Positions 41,354 through 55,726 of a DNA stretch of 64,000 nt are shown here, one piece after another. The DNA comes from Octopus sinensis (Eukaryota): assembly GCF_006345805.1 (NCBI RefSeq), contig NC_042999.1, positions 40,052,001 through 40,116,000 on the forward strand. Direction: 5' to 3'. Each line of letters begins with the position of its first letter. Within the stretch, counting starts at the first letter, position 1. Made by a program: the position numbers and the translations under genes. The notes under the pieces were generated by a model. The model was not told where the DNA came from. It did no database searches and saw only the letters and a list, made by a program, of their open reading frames with translations.

Positions 41354-41510
41354 CTTGATGTATTCACTGTTATTTTTGTCACATTTGTTCCACCAATATT
41401 TCGTAGGAGCGCTCGTTTCAGTCTTCCCTTTTCTTCATAATTCTCGTTTTATGTCTTAGCAAGTATTTTAATGGTCCTCTTAAGATGTTCGCACTCGCTG
41501 GTCTTTCATG
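41147..41510 (-). mobile_element. Mariner terminal fragment interrupted by (TA)n
   Basis: aggaggtgctgaaaagtttctg TIR-like end; minus WWNKCDKNNSEYIK resembles a transposase C-terminus. Confidence 0.5.
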
Positions 41511-43002
41511 ACAGCTGAAAAAACTTATTTCGACATTCACATTCGTACTGCGATAAAAGATTTTAGGGTTTATATTCCCTATTTCATTTTCGTACAGATA
41601 TTATATTTTATTCTCTTTTATTTATGACTTTCTTCCTATTTTTTATGGGCAAAACGATGAATCAGCCATCATCATCTGTATATGCAGAATATGTGCTTCT
41701 TTGAATGATTACACGTTTAATAAATGAGTAAATAGGTTATAGTTATATAATCTATTCTAACGTTTCATTTATAATTAAACCCTCTTAGTGAACGAAGGTT
41801 GTTACTATAAACTCGTATGTGTTTTTCTGTTTAACAATATAGGACCAAACTGCGCCGGCTATTTACAAGGTTCGGTTTAAACTCCTCTGCAGGGTCTGTG
41901 GTAATTTATAATCTGAGTTCAATTAAAGTTTTGTAAGTGAAATTTGGATGTATTACAGTGTTTTGCGGTGCAGTAGCAGAATACGTTCCTGAATTAGTAG
42001 AGAAATTCGCTGAATTGGCCGAGGAATTTGCTCACAGTTCAGAAATACAAGAGAGGTTTCAAAGTCATTAGTGCTTGGGTTATAAAAATCAGGTTATGGC
42101 ATATTTCAATTTCGAATTGCAAAGGTCAGATTTCTCTTTCAAATTATAAACAGAATCTAAAGTTTCATCTAGTACGGTGGTTAAGTGGAATTATTAGCTT
42201 GGTATTTGATCTTATTTGCAGTGTGCGACCTATCCTCGAGCCCAGTTCGTTTTTTATCATTTTTAAAGTCAAATGACTTATATTCAATTGAATTCACAAA
42301 GTTAAATTAACTTCAGTTTGTAGATTGTTATGCATTGGAAAATTTTGACAAAATCATGTGTGTGCGAGTGTATTTGATTTTATGAGTATATATGAGTATA
42401 TAAATAATTACAGAGATAATGATAATAAAACTATTAAACTATCAATACGATTGACAAGATAAAAATTATTGTGGTATTTGTTTCATGCTTAAACATATAA
42501 CACTATGAAAATTTTTTTCAGATCTCATGCATAGACTTTTAACCGGAAAGATAAAATCATAGGAAAGCTGAGCAAAGGATGAAAACAAGAATAGCAACAC
42601 TCGATTGTAAACAAGAGAAAACTCCATCCATGTCTCACAGTCATCACATTCATAGAATCAGTATATTGATTATAAGAATAATTTGTTCCGTTTCTTTTAA
42701 TGCTATTAGCATTTCCCAGTAAAAATCTAACACAATATAACTTCTGTTAGTTCTTTTGAGGTCGATGAAATACATAGAAACAAAATTTACAGGATCCATA
42801 TATTTGAATAATTTCTTTATTTATCTTGAGATTGACCATTATCTAATCCTGGAGACCCACATACAATACAATGTGAGGTTGTAAAGCACTCTTGGTATTG
42901 AATTGAGAAACAGTTTATTAGAAGTGGAATGTTTTAATAACAGTTGTTAGAATAATAGCAAGCATAGACATAGGTAATTTTCAAATATATCTCTATACGA
43001 TA

Positions 43003-43173
43003 GGCGCAGGAGTGGCTGTGGGGTAGGTAGCTTGTTTACCAACCACATGGTTACGGGTTCAGTCCCACTGCGTGGCACCTTGGGCAAGTGTCTTCTACTA
43101 TAGCCTCGGGCCGACTAAAGCCTTGTGAGTGGATTTGGTAGAAGGAAATTGAAAGAAGACCGTCGTATATATG

Positions 43174-43212
<39 letters not shown>

Positions 43213-43430
43213 TTGTGTCTGTGTTTGTCCCCATAGCAGTGCTTGACAACCGATGCTGGTGTGTTTATGTCCCCGTCACTTAGCGGTTCGGCAAAAAAAC
43301 TGATAGAATATGTACTGGGCTTACAAAGAATAAGTCCCGGGGTCGAGTTGCTCGATTAAAGGCGGTGCTCCAGCATGGCCGCAGTCAAATGACTGAGACA
43401 AGTAAAAGAGTAAGAGTAAAGAGTAAAGAG
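43003..43430 (+). mobile_element. Full-length tRNA-derived SINE family B
   Basis: A-box-like TGGCTGTGGGG, B-box-like GGTTCAGTCCC, internal (TA)(TG) microsatellite, (GAGTAAA)n tail; family members at 44819 and 56999. Confidence 0.9.
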
Positions 43431-44758
43431 ATTGTATATTGTAGGGAGTATAATGTTTGGAACGCTAATATCTGGAATGTGAAGCAAGCAGTGGGTCGCT
43501 TCATCTTAAAGATTGGTCAATATTGTGTTTTGTTGTTTTCTAGAACCATGAGATAATTTCATTGATTTAGAATTGACAATTTTATGACTTTATACATGAT
43601 ATAAATGCGAGGAAGTGAGTAACAGTGTAGTCAGACGAGAAATATTCTTCTTAGAGTTTGCTTCTTCAAACTCAAACGTCTACAACGTTAGATTTTTCAA
43701 TTGTCACTGCATTAAAACTCACTGCACTCTCTATAAACTCACATACATTGAATAAGGTGGCTTACAGGCAGATATAACGAGCTAGCTTTTAAGTTCAAAT
43801 GGATTATAATTATGAAATATGCATGAAAGGAAAATAATAACCTATGGTCAAATACCTAGATAAATGAATGAGTACAGTATATTAGAAAAGGGCAGCTAAT
43901 ATATTTTCTAAACCTACCTAACTTATAACTAGCACTAGTTTTTGAATATTAATTGTTACTAATTTCTTTTCAGAATGGAGTTCTTCACAACATTTACAGT
44001 TATTACACCACCATTATGATGGAATTAGGCGTCCGGTAGTCCATATATTATCTCATCTGAGGAGTGATAAAATTTTTAGTAGACCTATAGTTAAAATATA
44101 ATGACATTCTTTTGATGAATAAATGGATATTATATATATTTTTTTGTTCCGTTTGTATCTTTCTGTTTTAGTGATCTGGTTTCATATAGCATGTCTTTTA
44201 TACTTGCAAGTACAATAGAAATATTCTGGCCAACGTTATGTGGCCTTCTTTTGAACCACATTTATTGCATTGATGCAAGGACCTTAAATTGTATTGGTTT
44301 GGCTGTTGGTAGTTTATTTTTATCCCCTAAGTAAAAGAACGGATATGAAACAGTAGTTTTATTTCATGTTTATTTCTGCAAATTTCGCTCCGGTGATTTA
44401 TACAGATGAAAGAGGAAAACATGTTAGGAATAGTAAGAACATGTTTTTCGGTCTACTAGTAGGAGAGACGCTGAAATTTAGCTTCGAAATGAGATATATA
44501 CAGTGAGCGAAGGAATAGAAATAGGAGGGCATTGTCAAATAATGACAGAATGATAAAAAGGATCGGACGAGAAGTAATGAAAAAATAAAACGGATTAAGA
44601 TCTTGAAATCTTGAAAGAAAGGCAGAGCATGAAAGAGGAGTTTAGATAAGTAGAAACGAAAAATGGACATAAAATACTTACACACATACGCACACGCACA
44701 CATATATACAGAAAGAAAGATAGATAGATATGTATATATACATATATGTATATATATG

Positions 44759-44798
<40 letters not shown>

Positions 44799-44818
44799 TA
44801 AATATATATATATATAAA

Positions 44819-45070
44819 GGCAGGAGTGGCTGTGTGGTGAGTAGCTTGCTTACCAACCACATGGTCCTAGTTTCAGTCCCACTGCTTGGCGCCTTGGGCA
44901 AGTGTTTTCTGCTATAGCCTCAGGCCGACCAAATCCTTGTCAGTGGATTTGGTAGACGGAAACTGAAAGAAGCCCGTCGTAAATGTATATATATATATGT
45001 GTGTATGTGTGTGTGAGTGTGTGTGTGTGCGTGCGTGTGTGTGTGTGTGTGTGTGTGCTTGTGTCTGTGT
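44819..45070 (+). mobile_element. SINE B, 3'-truncated
   Basis: High identity to the 43003 head. Confidence 0.9.
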
Positions 45071-46469
45071 ACAACTTCGCAATAAGTGGTAGCTAATGTA
45101 AGTGTGAATAACAGACGTTATTCGAAATCACTGAAGAATTTATTTATCTCACTTTAAGCAATAACAATTAAATTTGTCAATCCTTCAAACGGACCGCTCC
45201 ATTTAAATACGATATTATCAGACTACAATTATATCATAAATAGAAACGTATTGGGAATGTGCATTACAATTCAGTTTTAAAACTTCCCTAAGTTTCGTAT
45301 CACATCCTTCGATATGATAAATGCGTCTGCAAAACAGCACTGCCAAATATAATATCTGAAATAGTGCCAATGTTTTAATCTTCCAGGAAGCATATATTAC
45401 ACTAAACAGAGCTCATACATTTTCCACCTATCCAACTTCAAAATTCTTGTATGCAATTGATGTTTTGTGTATCTAAGATGACCATCTCATAATATGTGCA
45501 TGAAACAATTCAACTGCTATAACTACCATTTTCTAATTACTTTATAAGCCATTTAAAAAAAACACATAAAAACCGTTAGATTCACTTCAAAATCTAAATT
45601 TAATTTGTCAAAATATTTTCGTCGATTTGAGACCGCGACCTGTTCACTGACAAAATTCCGTGCTGCTCCCTCCGTAATTTCTAATTACTGTTTTACATAT
45701 AATTATAAACACAATGGATGCTGATTTTTCCATTTATATATATGTACTAAAATTCGATGATCACTAAGTGTATCTTTATTTATGATCCTTAGGAAAATAC
45801 TGATTCTAATCAGACCGTTAGATAAGGAGACAAGCTCTAGGCCTACAAAATACATCCTCTACTTCTGCAACACTCCCTGGATAACAAACGAAGTGCTTGG
45901 CTAAATTTTTGAACCGTGTATCACAACTCCGTTTTGAATATATACCGTTTTATACCCAGTGTTCGAGACAATGGCAATGGTTGCATCAGAATGCTAAAAT
46001 TCAAGAGTAAGAACATACATCCTATGATTTATAAAACTGATAAGTGTTACAATTACAGAGGAGGTGCACCACTAATTTATGTACTTCTCTAATATCACCT
46101 ATTCTAAGTCAATACGTTATTCCTATAAATATCCTTCAAAACATTTACAATATGTGTTCTAAAATGAAAATCAAAATAATCTCAAAATAGTTATGAATAC
46201 CATACTCAGAAATATGCCGAAAACTACCGGAAATGTAACTAAAAATATTTTAGGAAAATAATTGTTTATAACAACGAAGGACTCAGAAATAGTTTTGCAT
46301 AAACATAAGCATAAAATAATCTGAAAAAAATTCAAGCGTTTAGATTGAACCTATTAATTCTATGTTCGGAAAATTGCCCGGATATATGTTTAAAGTTAAA
46401 GCAGCATTACATTAAATATATTTACTCTAGGACAATGCACTTTTATCAAACGAAATAATCGCTTCTACT

Positions 46470-47105
46470 CTAGGTACAACACCTGAAATTTTGGGAAAAA
46501 GAGCTAGCTGATTAATTCGACATCAGTATGTAACTAATATTTTATAAACCGGGAAAGGATGGAACGCAAAGATGATCTCGGCCATAATATTTCCTCAGAA
46601 ATAAAAAAAAACGCTGAAATACCGCTGCATTTTTTGTCTGGCTTGCTAACTCTTCCGCCAGCACGCCACTTTGCTATAGTAAATGCTATGCTGATCACAA
46701 GAAAAAAGAATTGTTTACCTACTCATATCTAATCTTTAAAATCGTTTCATATTCCTCATAACATTCTGTGACAAGGCATAATTTCTTTTGAAAATTATTA
46801 TCAGTCCTATGTCAAAAATTTTCGAGATTATATTACTCTTCCGTCAAAATTTAACTTAATAAATAGGAAGAATATTACCATATGCAACTGTGAATTAATT
46901 ATCTTTTAAGAAATTGAGCACTTACTCTTACTAGTACTAATTAATTTACAACGAGGTAATCAGACAAGAGGTAATCAGATACAACGTTCTAGATTCAGTC
47001 GCCCTGCGTATCACCTTGTGCAAGTGTCTTCTACTACAGCCCCGGATAAACAAAGCCGTCTGTGTGGATTTGGCAGTTGGGGACTGAAAAAACCCCAACG
47101 TAAAT
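46470..47105. mobile_element. Degenerate SINE A (-, 46470-46680) and SINE B (+, 46990-47105)
   Basis: Recognisable family fragments. Confidence 0.55.
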
Positions 47106-47113
47106 GTGTGTGT

Positions 47114-47183
<70 letters not shown>

Positions 47184-47184
<1 letters not shown>

Positions 47185-48362
47185 AGCAGGTTGAAATGTA
47201 ACGCATAAGTTGATGTGTATAAGGAAAAAAAGGTGAAAAATGCTAGAATAATGAATAATTTTATTATGAAATACATTATGTAACTGTTAATACCGGTTGA
47301 AGTCGTTTTGATTTTTTTCGACTAACTGTAAAACAAAAGTGTATATTAATTAAACGAAAAAAAAACAAATAATTAAAGGAAAAATGGAATGAAATGTTTT
47401 GTAAGAATTTCCATAGTCTTCAAATAAGTAAGACATTTTCCTTTTTTCTAGTTATCTCTTTCCCTTTGTTAATGTTCGGTAGGTAGTAGCATATCTGAAG
47501 AAATAGTGTTCGTGAGCGCAGAGCAATATTTGGCTCTGATGTTTCATCATTTAAACAGCAGCAGCCGAAGAAGGAGAAGGCGAAGGAGGAGGAAGAGGAG
47601 AACAAATTTAATGAAATGGTTTGTAAATATTTACATATTCTTCAAATAGGTCTATTTTTTTCTTTTTTCAGGTTTTTCTCTTTTCCTTTGTGAAGGCTGG
47701 TAGGTAGTAGCAAAAATGAAAAAAAAAATAGTCTTTATGGGTGCAGAGAAATATTTGGTTCTGAAGGAAGATGGTTGAAGCAGAAGCAGCAGCCGTGGAA
47801 GGAGATGGCGAAGAGGGTGGAGGCGGAGGAGAAGAAAAAGAAGCAGAAGAAGAAGAAGAAGAATTAGAGGAGAATGGTATCGTTCAGTAGTAGAGGCTGT
47901 CCATGAAGCTACTGGAATGGTCATGTGACATAAAAGTGATTTGTGGTTGTAGCATTACTGGTAGGAACTGTTCTAAAAAATTCGTGGGTAGCGACTGTTC
48001 TTAATACAGGTATCGTTTTTAATATTTGCGTGGGTATTATTCTAATATCCTTGAAGTACTGCCATCTGTGGTAGAAGCATTCAGAAGAGGTTACTACTTT
48101 GTGATGAAATATGATTCTTTGCTAATGCGCTGCTTACATGTTGTATTGTCCCTAAGTTTATAGAAGAGAAAAATTCCCAAGTTGGGTTGTTCATTAGTTG
48201 CGCAAATGTCGATGTTTTCAATCAATCAATATATATGTATAAGATTAATCAGCCGAAATTGCGAAGATGATCTGGTTCTTGACTGAAGATTGAAGGCTTC
48301 GAATGTCCCGTCCGTGTTTTTTGTATCGTCTTCTAAATGTTTTACGTTCTTGTCCCTGTTTG

Positions 48363-48421
<59 letters not shown>

Positions 48422-49589
48422 AGCAGGTTGAAATGTAACGCATAAGTTGATGTGTATAAGGAAAAAAAGGTGAAAAATGCTAGAATAATTTTATTATGAA
48501 ATACATTATGTAACTGTTAATACCGGTTGAAGTCGTTTTGATTTTTTTCGACTAACTGTAAAACAAAAGTGTATATTAATTAAACGAAAAAACAAATAAA
48601 TTAAAGGAAAAATGGAATGAAATGTTTTGTAAGAATTTCCATAGTCTTCAAATAAGTAAGACATTTTCCTTTTTTCTAGTTATCTCTTTCCCTTTGTTAA
48701 TGTTCGGTAGGTAGTAGCATATCTGAAGAAATAGTGTTCGTGAGCGCAGAGCAATATTTGGCTCTGATGTTTCATCATTTAAACAGCAGCAGCCGAAGAA
48801 GGAGAAGGCGAAGGAGGAGGAAGAGGAGAACAAATTTAATGAAATGGTTTGTAAATATTTACATATTCTTCAAATAGGTCTATTTTTTTCTTTTTTCAGG
48901 TTTTTCTCTTTTCCTTTGTGAAGGCTTGGTAGGTAGTAGCAAAAATGAAAAAAAAAATAGTCTTTATGGGTGCAGAGAAATATTTGGTTCTGAAGGAAGA
49001 TGGTTGAAGCAGAAGCAGCAGCCGTGGAAGGAGATGGCGAAGAGGGTGGAGGCGGAGGAGAAGAAAAAGAAGCAGAAGAAGAAGAAGAAGAATTAGAGGA
49101 GAATGGTATCGTTCAGTAGTAGAGGCTGTCCATGAAGCTACTGGAATGGTCATGTGACATAAAAGTGATTTGTGGTTGTAGCATTACTGGTAGGAACTGT
49201 TCTAAAAAATTCGTGGGTAGCGACTGTTCTAATACAGGTATCGTTTTTAATATTTGCGTGGGTATTATTCTAATATCCTTGAAGTACTGCCATCTGTGGT
49301 AGAAGCATTCAGAAGAGGTTACTACTTTGTGATGAAATATGATTCTTTGCTAATGCGCTGCTTACATGTTGTATTGTCCCTAAGTTTATAGAAGAGAAAA
49401 ATTCCAAGTTGGGTTGTTCATTAGTTGCGCAAATGTCGATGTTTTCAATCAATCAATATATATGTATAAGATTAATCAGCCGAAATTGCGAAGATGATCT
49501 GGTTCTTGACTGAAGATTGAAGGCTTCGAATGTCCCGTCCGTGTTTTTTGTATCGTCTTCTAAATGTTTTACGTTCTTGTCCCTGTTTG

Positions 49590-49596
<7 letters not shown>
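47184..49596 (+). repeat. Near-identical tandem duplication, period 1237 bp, microsatellite-bounded
   Basis: tagcaggttgaaatg starts at 47184 and 48421; both units end ccctgtttgtattttta(TA)n. Confidence 0.97.
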
Positions 49597-49673
<77 letters not shown>

Positions 49674-49929
49674 TACATACATATATATAGATACACACGT
49701 GTGTGTGTGTGTGCGTGTGTGTGTATGTATATATATATATACATATACATATAAATGTATATAGAATATACATACGTATACTATGTATATATCCATACAC
49801 ACATATATATATATATATAACGAAAGTCTTTGTTACAGAATTTTAAGTTGAAAAAATTATCAGGAAAAGACATTTCTACTTTTTTCTCCTGTGTTTTTGG
49901 GGGTTTTGTTTTTTGTTGTTTTTGCTTAA

Positions 49930-50620
49930 TCTACACTAAAGATAACCTGACATGCCTGGTATACCACTTGCATCGTGGTTCCTATGTTCGTTGCAGTATC
50001 ACTCATATGAATGCAGCTCAGGATTATGTTCAAATCACTTCCTGATCTGTTCCTCGGGGAATTTCTCCAGTAGTTTCATTTCGAAACTCGCAGGACTCTC
50101 AGATTCCTTCACACGTCTTTTGCATGAAACAAGTTGAGTCACGAGATATTGGCCACTCTAGTTTGCTATCTGGCCCTGGTTCTACTCCAACCGATAATCT
50201 GTGCTGATAGAGCCAAAACAGGGCCTCTGAGCTGTGTCAGACACTTTGGTTTTCTTGTCCGGCCCTTTGCATTTCGATTTGCATTGATGATTCTTCACGC
50301 CACGTTCGCTTCTACATACTCTCCAGCAGCTCTTGCAGCACCATTACGTTTCCGCCTTTTCGTTTTGTGAGACCGATTCCGTATCCATTTTTATATTCCG
50401 GAAATTATTCGCCGAGTCGTCCTCTGTGCGTTTCCTATTGTTTGGCAACTTATCATCCACCCACCCATCGGGTTTCCTGGGCGTATTCTTCCTTATTCAT
50501 ATTACCAGCGTACTTAGCCGGTGCAGAGATATGAGGTACTAGCCCAAACATTATTGCAGACAGTCTTTCCGATTTATCGTCCACTTATCCGTGGAATTCA
50601 GTCAAGTACCACTTCCGGGT
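49930..50620 (-). mobile_element. 5' fragment of a HERO-like RLE non-LTR retrotransposon
   Basis: Minus CCKSCWRVCRSERGVKNHQCKSKC zinc finger (50269-50343), then KLEWP and SDLNIILS..MQVVYQAC. Clade call from recall. Confidence 0.5.
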
Positions 50621-50881
50621 CTTTCCCCCATGGTCTCACAAATACACAGGCTCACACAAGCACAGATACATACATACATACATACATACATACATGTTTG
50701 TTTGCTTAGGTATAGTTATGTGATGTACACAAAATTAATTTTCTGGGTTGGATATCGTTCAGCATATTTATAAATACAGGTTGTATTCGGCTAGATATTT
50801 TTTGTTTCTTCTTAACCTCTATCTAACAGATAACTTCAAGGAAATATACCAAGAAATACATGAATACATTACCACACATGC

Positions 50882-50915
<34 letters not shown>

Positions 50916-50918
50916 TTA

Positions 50919-50963
<45 letters not shown>

Positions 50964-51198
50964 TACATTTAAACACATTAAGAGGTTTTCATCAAAGGAA
51001 TCCTTTACGCTAGAAAGAACCTCTAACGTCCAAACCACTAATTAGGGATAAATGCACACAGTATTTTATATGAATAATAAGTCTCTTGACTAATTTTTAT
51101 ATACGCTAGGCCACACGTAGGAAAAATTTCTAAAATATTTATTACCCCGATAATTCTTAATTATATATATATATATATATTCACACACACACGCACAT

Positions 51199-51936
51199 TT
51201 CTCCCCCTCTTCTCCCCCTCCCCCTCTTCTCCTCACTACACCACATGACTTTACACATCACATCACATATGATGTGCCATACTAATACACACACCAACTA
51301 ATACATACTAATACGTACTAATACATACTAGTACATACTAATACTTACACCAACCCTATACATACACACGTCCAGACCCCGCATACGCACTTATACTCTC
51401 TCTCACACACACACACATACCTATACATACCAATACGTACTAATACATACTAATACATACTAATACATACACCAACCCCATACATACGCATGTCCAGACC
51501 AATCTTACGCACTAATACTCTCTCATACACACACACACACACACACACACCCTTATACATACTAATACATACACCAACCCTATACATACACACATCCAGA
51601 CCCCTCCCACGCACTTTTAGCTGGTCCCTCAACCCTCAACCCTTTTATCAACCCTATTATCTCCCCTTATTTCGCTCTCGCGTCTCATGTTTGATCTTTG
51701 ACCTCTGGCCGAAATCAGATCGCCATGTTGATTCGTTAGCTACTGCACGCATTTTTTTTCTCTCCTTCTTTCTGTGTTTTTCTCTCTCTGTGTATCTTTC
51801 TGTTGAAGAGCGTAGGCTCGAAACGTTAAAGACTTGTTTTATTTATATTTCCTGAGCGCCATACTAATACAATTGTTCGTTTGTTTTCCACCTGCCTTCG
51901 TCTTTTGTTTATTTTCCTAAAGCTTCCCGTTATATA
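51199..51936 (+). repeat. Left pLTR (direct repeat) of C-rich Penelope-like element
   Basis: Near-identical to 55727-56452; contains ACTAATACAT 10-mer minisatellite blocks. Confidence 0.95.
51795..51832 (+). ncRNA. Minimal type I hammerhead ribozyme-like motif, variant core CUGUUGA
   Basis: TCTTT-CTGTTGA-A-GAGC(GTAG)GCTC-GAAA-CG-TT-AAAGA: stem I 5 bp, stem II 4 bp, palindromic ACGT stem III. Confidence 0.6.
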
Positions 51937-52566
51937 TTATGCGCTCACGTGGTCTCACTTTCATCCTATATTCTACCAATACCACTATCAACACTTACCT
52001 CTACCTTGGATTTTCTTTACCTCTTGGATACTTACCATTGGCTGCACCTCTCTTTCGCGGATCAAAGTGACTTTGCATTGATGTGAAATCCTTAAAAAAT
52101 ATACCACGACGTCTACACATTTCTCACCTTGAACTTTCAACCTTGAACTTGTTCGCATAAACTGTCCCGTTTGTTGTATTTTTATTTTCTCTTATATTAC
52201 CACTTTTTTTACATTCATTTCATGCTTCCCACATTTTCCTGAATTTTTGTTCTCCTTTCCGTCTTTCTTTCTTCCCTCTCTGGATGTCCATACTACTCGT
52301 TTCCTCTGCCTGCACCCCCTTTTTTTGCCTCCCCCTCTCTCTGCTTCCCTTCTTTCTTTCCCTTTTCCGTTTGCCCCGTCTTTTCTGCCCCTATCGCTTA
52401 CTTATCTAGTTTTTTTTCATACGATTATTATTTTTTTGTTTTTTTTTTTTGAACGTTTGTTTTTTTCCCCTTTTTTCGCTATCCTTTTTTTCTATTTTTT
52501 CATACGATAATTTTTGTTTTTTGTTTTTTTTTGTTTTTTCGAACGTTTTTTTTCCGCTATCCCATC

Positions 52567-55446
52567 ATGCCGGATCCTAGGTCCTACCTCCTCACCCTCC
52601 ATCACCGTTTGAAGGATCATCTACGTTTCCTTCCTGTATATTGCCTTCAGCCGTCCGTTAATCTCTCTCTCTACTTCTTTTTAAAAAAACCCGCTTCTCT
52701 AGCCATGTCTCTTTCCTAAGCCGCTGCCTACATCACCGACTCATCCCTAAAGGTTTCCGCCTCCACTTCAACCCTGCTCTCCACTCGGATTCTTCCATCT
52801 TACCCATACTCCGCACCACATCTTACCGCCTTATGCGGGCCACCATTCGCTCCAATCTGTCTAAACTACATGCCATCAACCGCCTTCTTCCTCCTGCTTT
52901 CTCCACCTTCTTCTCCTCTCTGCCGCCTCTCTATGCTCCCAACACGCTACGCTTCATTTTCCATTTGAATCAACTCTTCCATCAATTTCTTTCTGATACC
53001 AAACTTCGTAAACTCCAATCACTCTTCCATTCCACCCTACCCGACGCCACTACCCCAACTCCTCCCCACCACCCTTCTCCCCTCCGATAGGCTCCATCCA
53101 CCCACACCTAACCCACTGCCCCTCCCTACAACCCCTTCTCCCCTCCCGTTAGGCTCCATCCACCTACACCTAACCCTACTGCCCCGCCCAACCACCCCCC
53201 ACACACCTCCCCAATCCCTCCCCCTCAGACCTCCACGAGACCTACCACCCCTCCTACTTCTATTCCACCCACCCCTTCTCCACTTCCGTCTGTTGTTACC
53301 ATTCCCCCCGATCTTCCCCTCTCTGCGGCTGAACGCTCCGTCCTTGGTAGGGGTCTGCGTTTCATCCCCCTCACTCCATCCTGTAAGGAATTCCAGACGC
53401 GAGTTGATGTCCACAGCTTTGTGCGCCGTGTCCGGTTAGGTGCGCATTACCACGACTCGCCACCCACACCCCACGAAGAGGACGACTGCTTCACTGGCCT
53501 GGGCCGCCGACCATCCCCGTGGACGCCTGCCCCTGGCCAGATCCTAGCAGTGGATCTTTTCGCGGGCGCTTGTCAGCGTGCATTGGAGCGGTTCAACTTC
53601 TCCACGCGCCAACGCCGCCTCAACATCTCCCCGGCTGAGCTCTTGGCTCTTCGTTCCCTCCAACGGCGCGCTGACATTATCATCAAACCGGCTGACAAGG
53701 GTGGAGCTGTAGTGGTGTGGCGCGCGGACCTCTATAGGGCCGAGGCTTTCCGCCAACTCAATGACACCTCCTTCTATTCCCCTCTGCCCTCTAACCCCAC
53801 ACGTAGCTACCAACAGACGGTATCCTCTACCGTCCAAGACCTCATCTCGTCCTCCCGTCTCCCCCGCACCGCATCCAACCTCATTGTGCGAACCCCACGT
53901 ACCCCCACCATTTACTTCCTCCCCAAAATCCACAAACCCAACAACCCTGGCCGCCCCATCGTCTCCGCCTGTAACTGCCCCACGGAGCTCATCTCTAAAT
54001 ACCTCGACCGTGTCCTTGCCCCCCTAGTGGAATCTCTTCCCTCCCACATCCACGATACCAACCATGCTCTCCGGCTTTTCAACTCTTTCTCCTTTCCTCC
54101 CGGCTCCTCCAAAATCCTTTTTACTATGGACATCCGAAGCCTCTATACTGTTATCCCTCACCACGAAGGACTGCAGGTCCTTCGACACTTTCTTGACCTC
54201 CGCTCTAACCCTGTACCTGACACCTCCACACTCATTCGTCTGGCCGAACTTGTCCTTACTCTGAACTGATTCTCGTTCGCGGGCGAGTTCTACCATCAGG
54301 TCTCGGGAGTGGCCATGGGAACGCGAATGGGCCCCAACTATGCGAACCTGTTCGTTGGCTATGTTGAGGCCCAAATATTCTCTAATTTCACTGGTCCCCT
54401 CCTGAACTATATGGTCGTTATATTGACGACTTTATCGGTGCCACCTCACTCTCCCGCGAACATCTAGATTCCTTCCTCCTCTTTCCCAATCTTTCCATCC
54501 AGCCCTCCACTTCACTTCCACTATCTCCAACACCTCTGTCTCCTTCCTCGACATTTCGGTTAGCATTCTTCACTCCACTCTTACCACCTCCATTCACTAC
54601 AAAACACACAGACTCACACTCATACCTCAACTTCTCTTCCTCCCACCCAGAACACACCAAGCTTTCCATCCCCTATTCCCAATTCCTCCGTCTACGTAGG
54701 CTCTGTAGTGACGACCATGACTTTGAGACTCAGTCTCAACGTATGGCTCACCACTTCACCCTACGTGGATACCCCCTCACCACTATCCACACCGCCCTTG
54801 CCAGAGCACGGTCCGTAGACCGTGTATCTGCTCTCTCTCCCCGAACCCGCCCTGTAGTCTCCCGCCTCCCATTTCCCCTCACTTACCACCCCACTACCCT
54901 ACGTCTCCAACGCACCATTCTTCGAGCTTTCCGTCATCTCCAGTCCGACCCGTCCACTTCACACCTCTTCCCTAACCGACCCCTCCCCTCTTTCAAACGA
55001 GCCCACAACCTTCGAGACCTTTTGGTCATAGCTCATTCCCTGACCCTACCTCCCACCCGCTCGTTCCCCTGCTCCCCGCCCACGTTGCCGCACTTGCCCT
55101 TACCTCTCCAACACCACCCGCCTCACTAGCACCCACCATCGACCCTATCCCATCATCCACCTGCACCTCCAGCAATATTATCTATTGCATCTCTTGCTCT
55201 CTCTGCAATTCCTTGTACATCGGACAAACGGGACGCCGCTTGGCTGACCGGTTCGCGGAACACCTTCGTGACATCCACCTTGCGAACGACACACCGGTCT
55301 CACGCCATTTCCGCTCCACCGGTCACTCCTTGCAACACCTATCTGTGTTCGGTTTGTCCTTACACAGAGGCCATCCGGATTCCCGTTTGCGCCGTGAACA
55401 GGAATTAATCTTCTCTCTTCGCTCTTATACGCCATTTGGTCTCAAC
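52567..55446 (+). mobile_element. Near full-length Penelope-like element ORF (N-terminal domain, RT, GIY-YIG), disrupted
   Basis: LIPKGFRLHFNP; IIIKPADKGGAVVVW; YFLPKIHKPNNPGRPIVS; TMDIRSLYT; GVAMGTRMGPNYANLFVG; YIDD 54419-54430; IYCISCSLCNSLYIGQTGRRLADRFAEH..PFGLN. Stop at 54267 and several frameshifts. Confidence 0.95.
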
Positions 55447-55726
55447 TCTCCCCCCCTCCTCTCAACCCCCACCCCCCTCCTCCCTCCCCCTCCTCCTCAC
55501 CTATCCTTTCTCCCCCCCCCACCCTGCTTCTTCAGTCTCTTCATTCTTCACCCCTACTCCCTTCCCTTCCTTCCTCCCCTTTCTCCTCCCTCTTCCCCTT
55601 CCCTCTGCTCCCTCACTCCTCTCTTCCCCCTCTCCCTCTTTCCTCCTTCATCCCCCCTCCTCCCCTTCCTTCTCCCCCTTCCTCTCCTCTTCCCCCTTCT
55701 CCTCCCCCTCTTCTCCCCTCCTCTTC

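Noticed and set aside
43003-43080. tRNA gene
   Set aside because: A/B boxes belong to a SINE head continuing into a conserved body; no convincing cloverleaf seen.
47771-47890. 39-aa acidic mini-ORF (MVEAEAAAVEGDGEE..)
   Set aside because: Arises from a GAA/GGA-rich low-complexity tract; no supporting signals.
48270-48312. CTGAAGA..GAAT as a hammerhead (also at about 49510)
   Set aside because: No GAAA and no convincing stem II.
51290-51480. Short repeats as a CRISPR array
   Set aside because: ACTAATACAT minisatellite without unique spacers; eukaryotic context, no cas genes.
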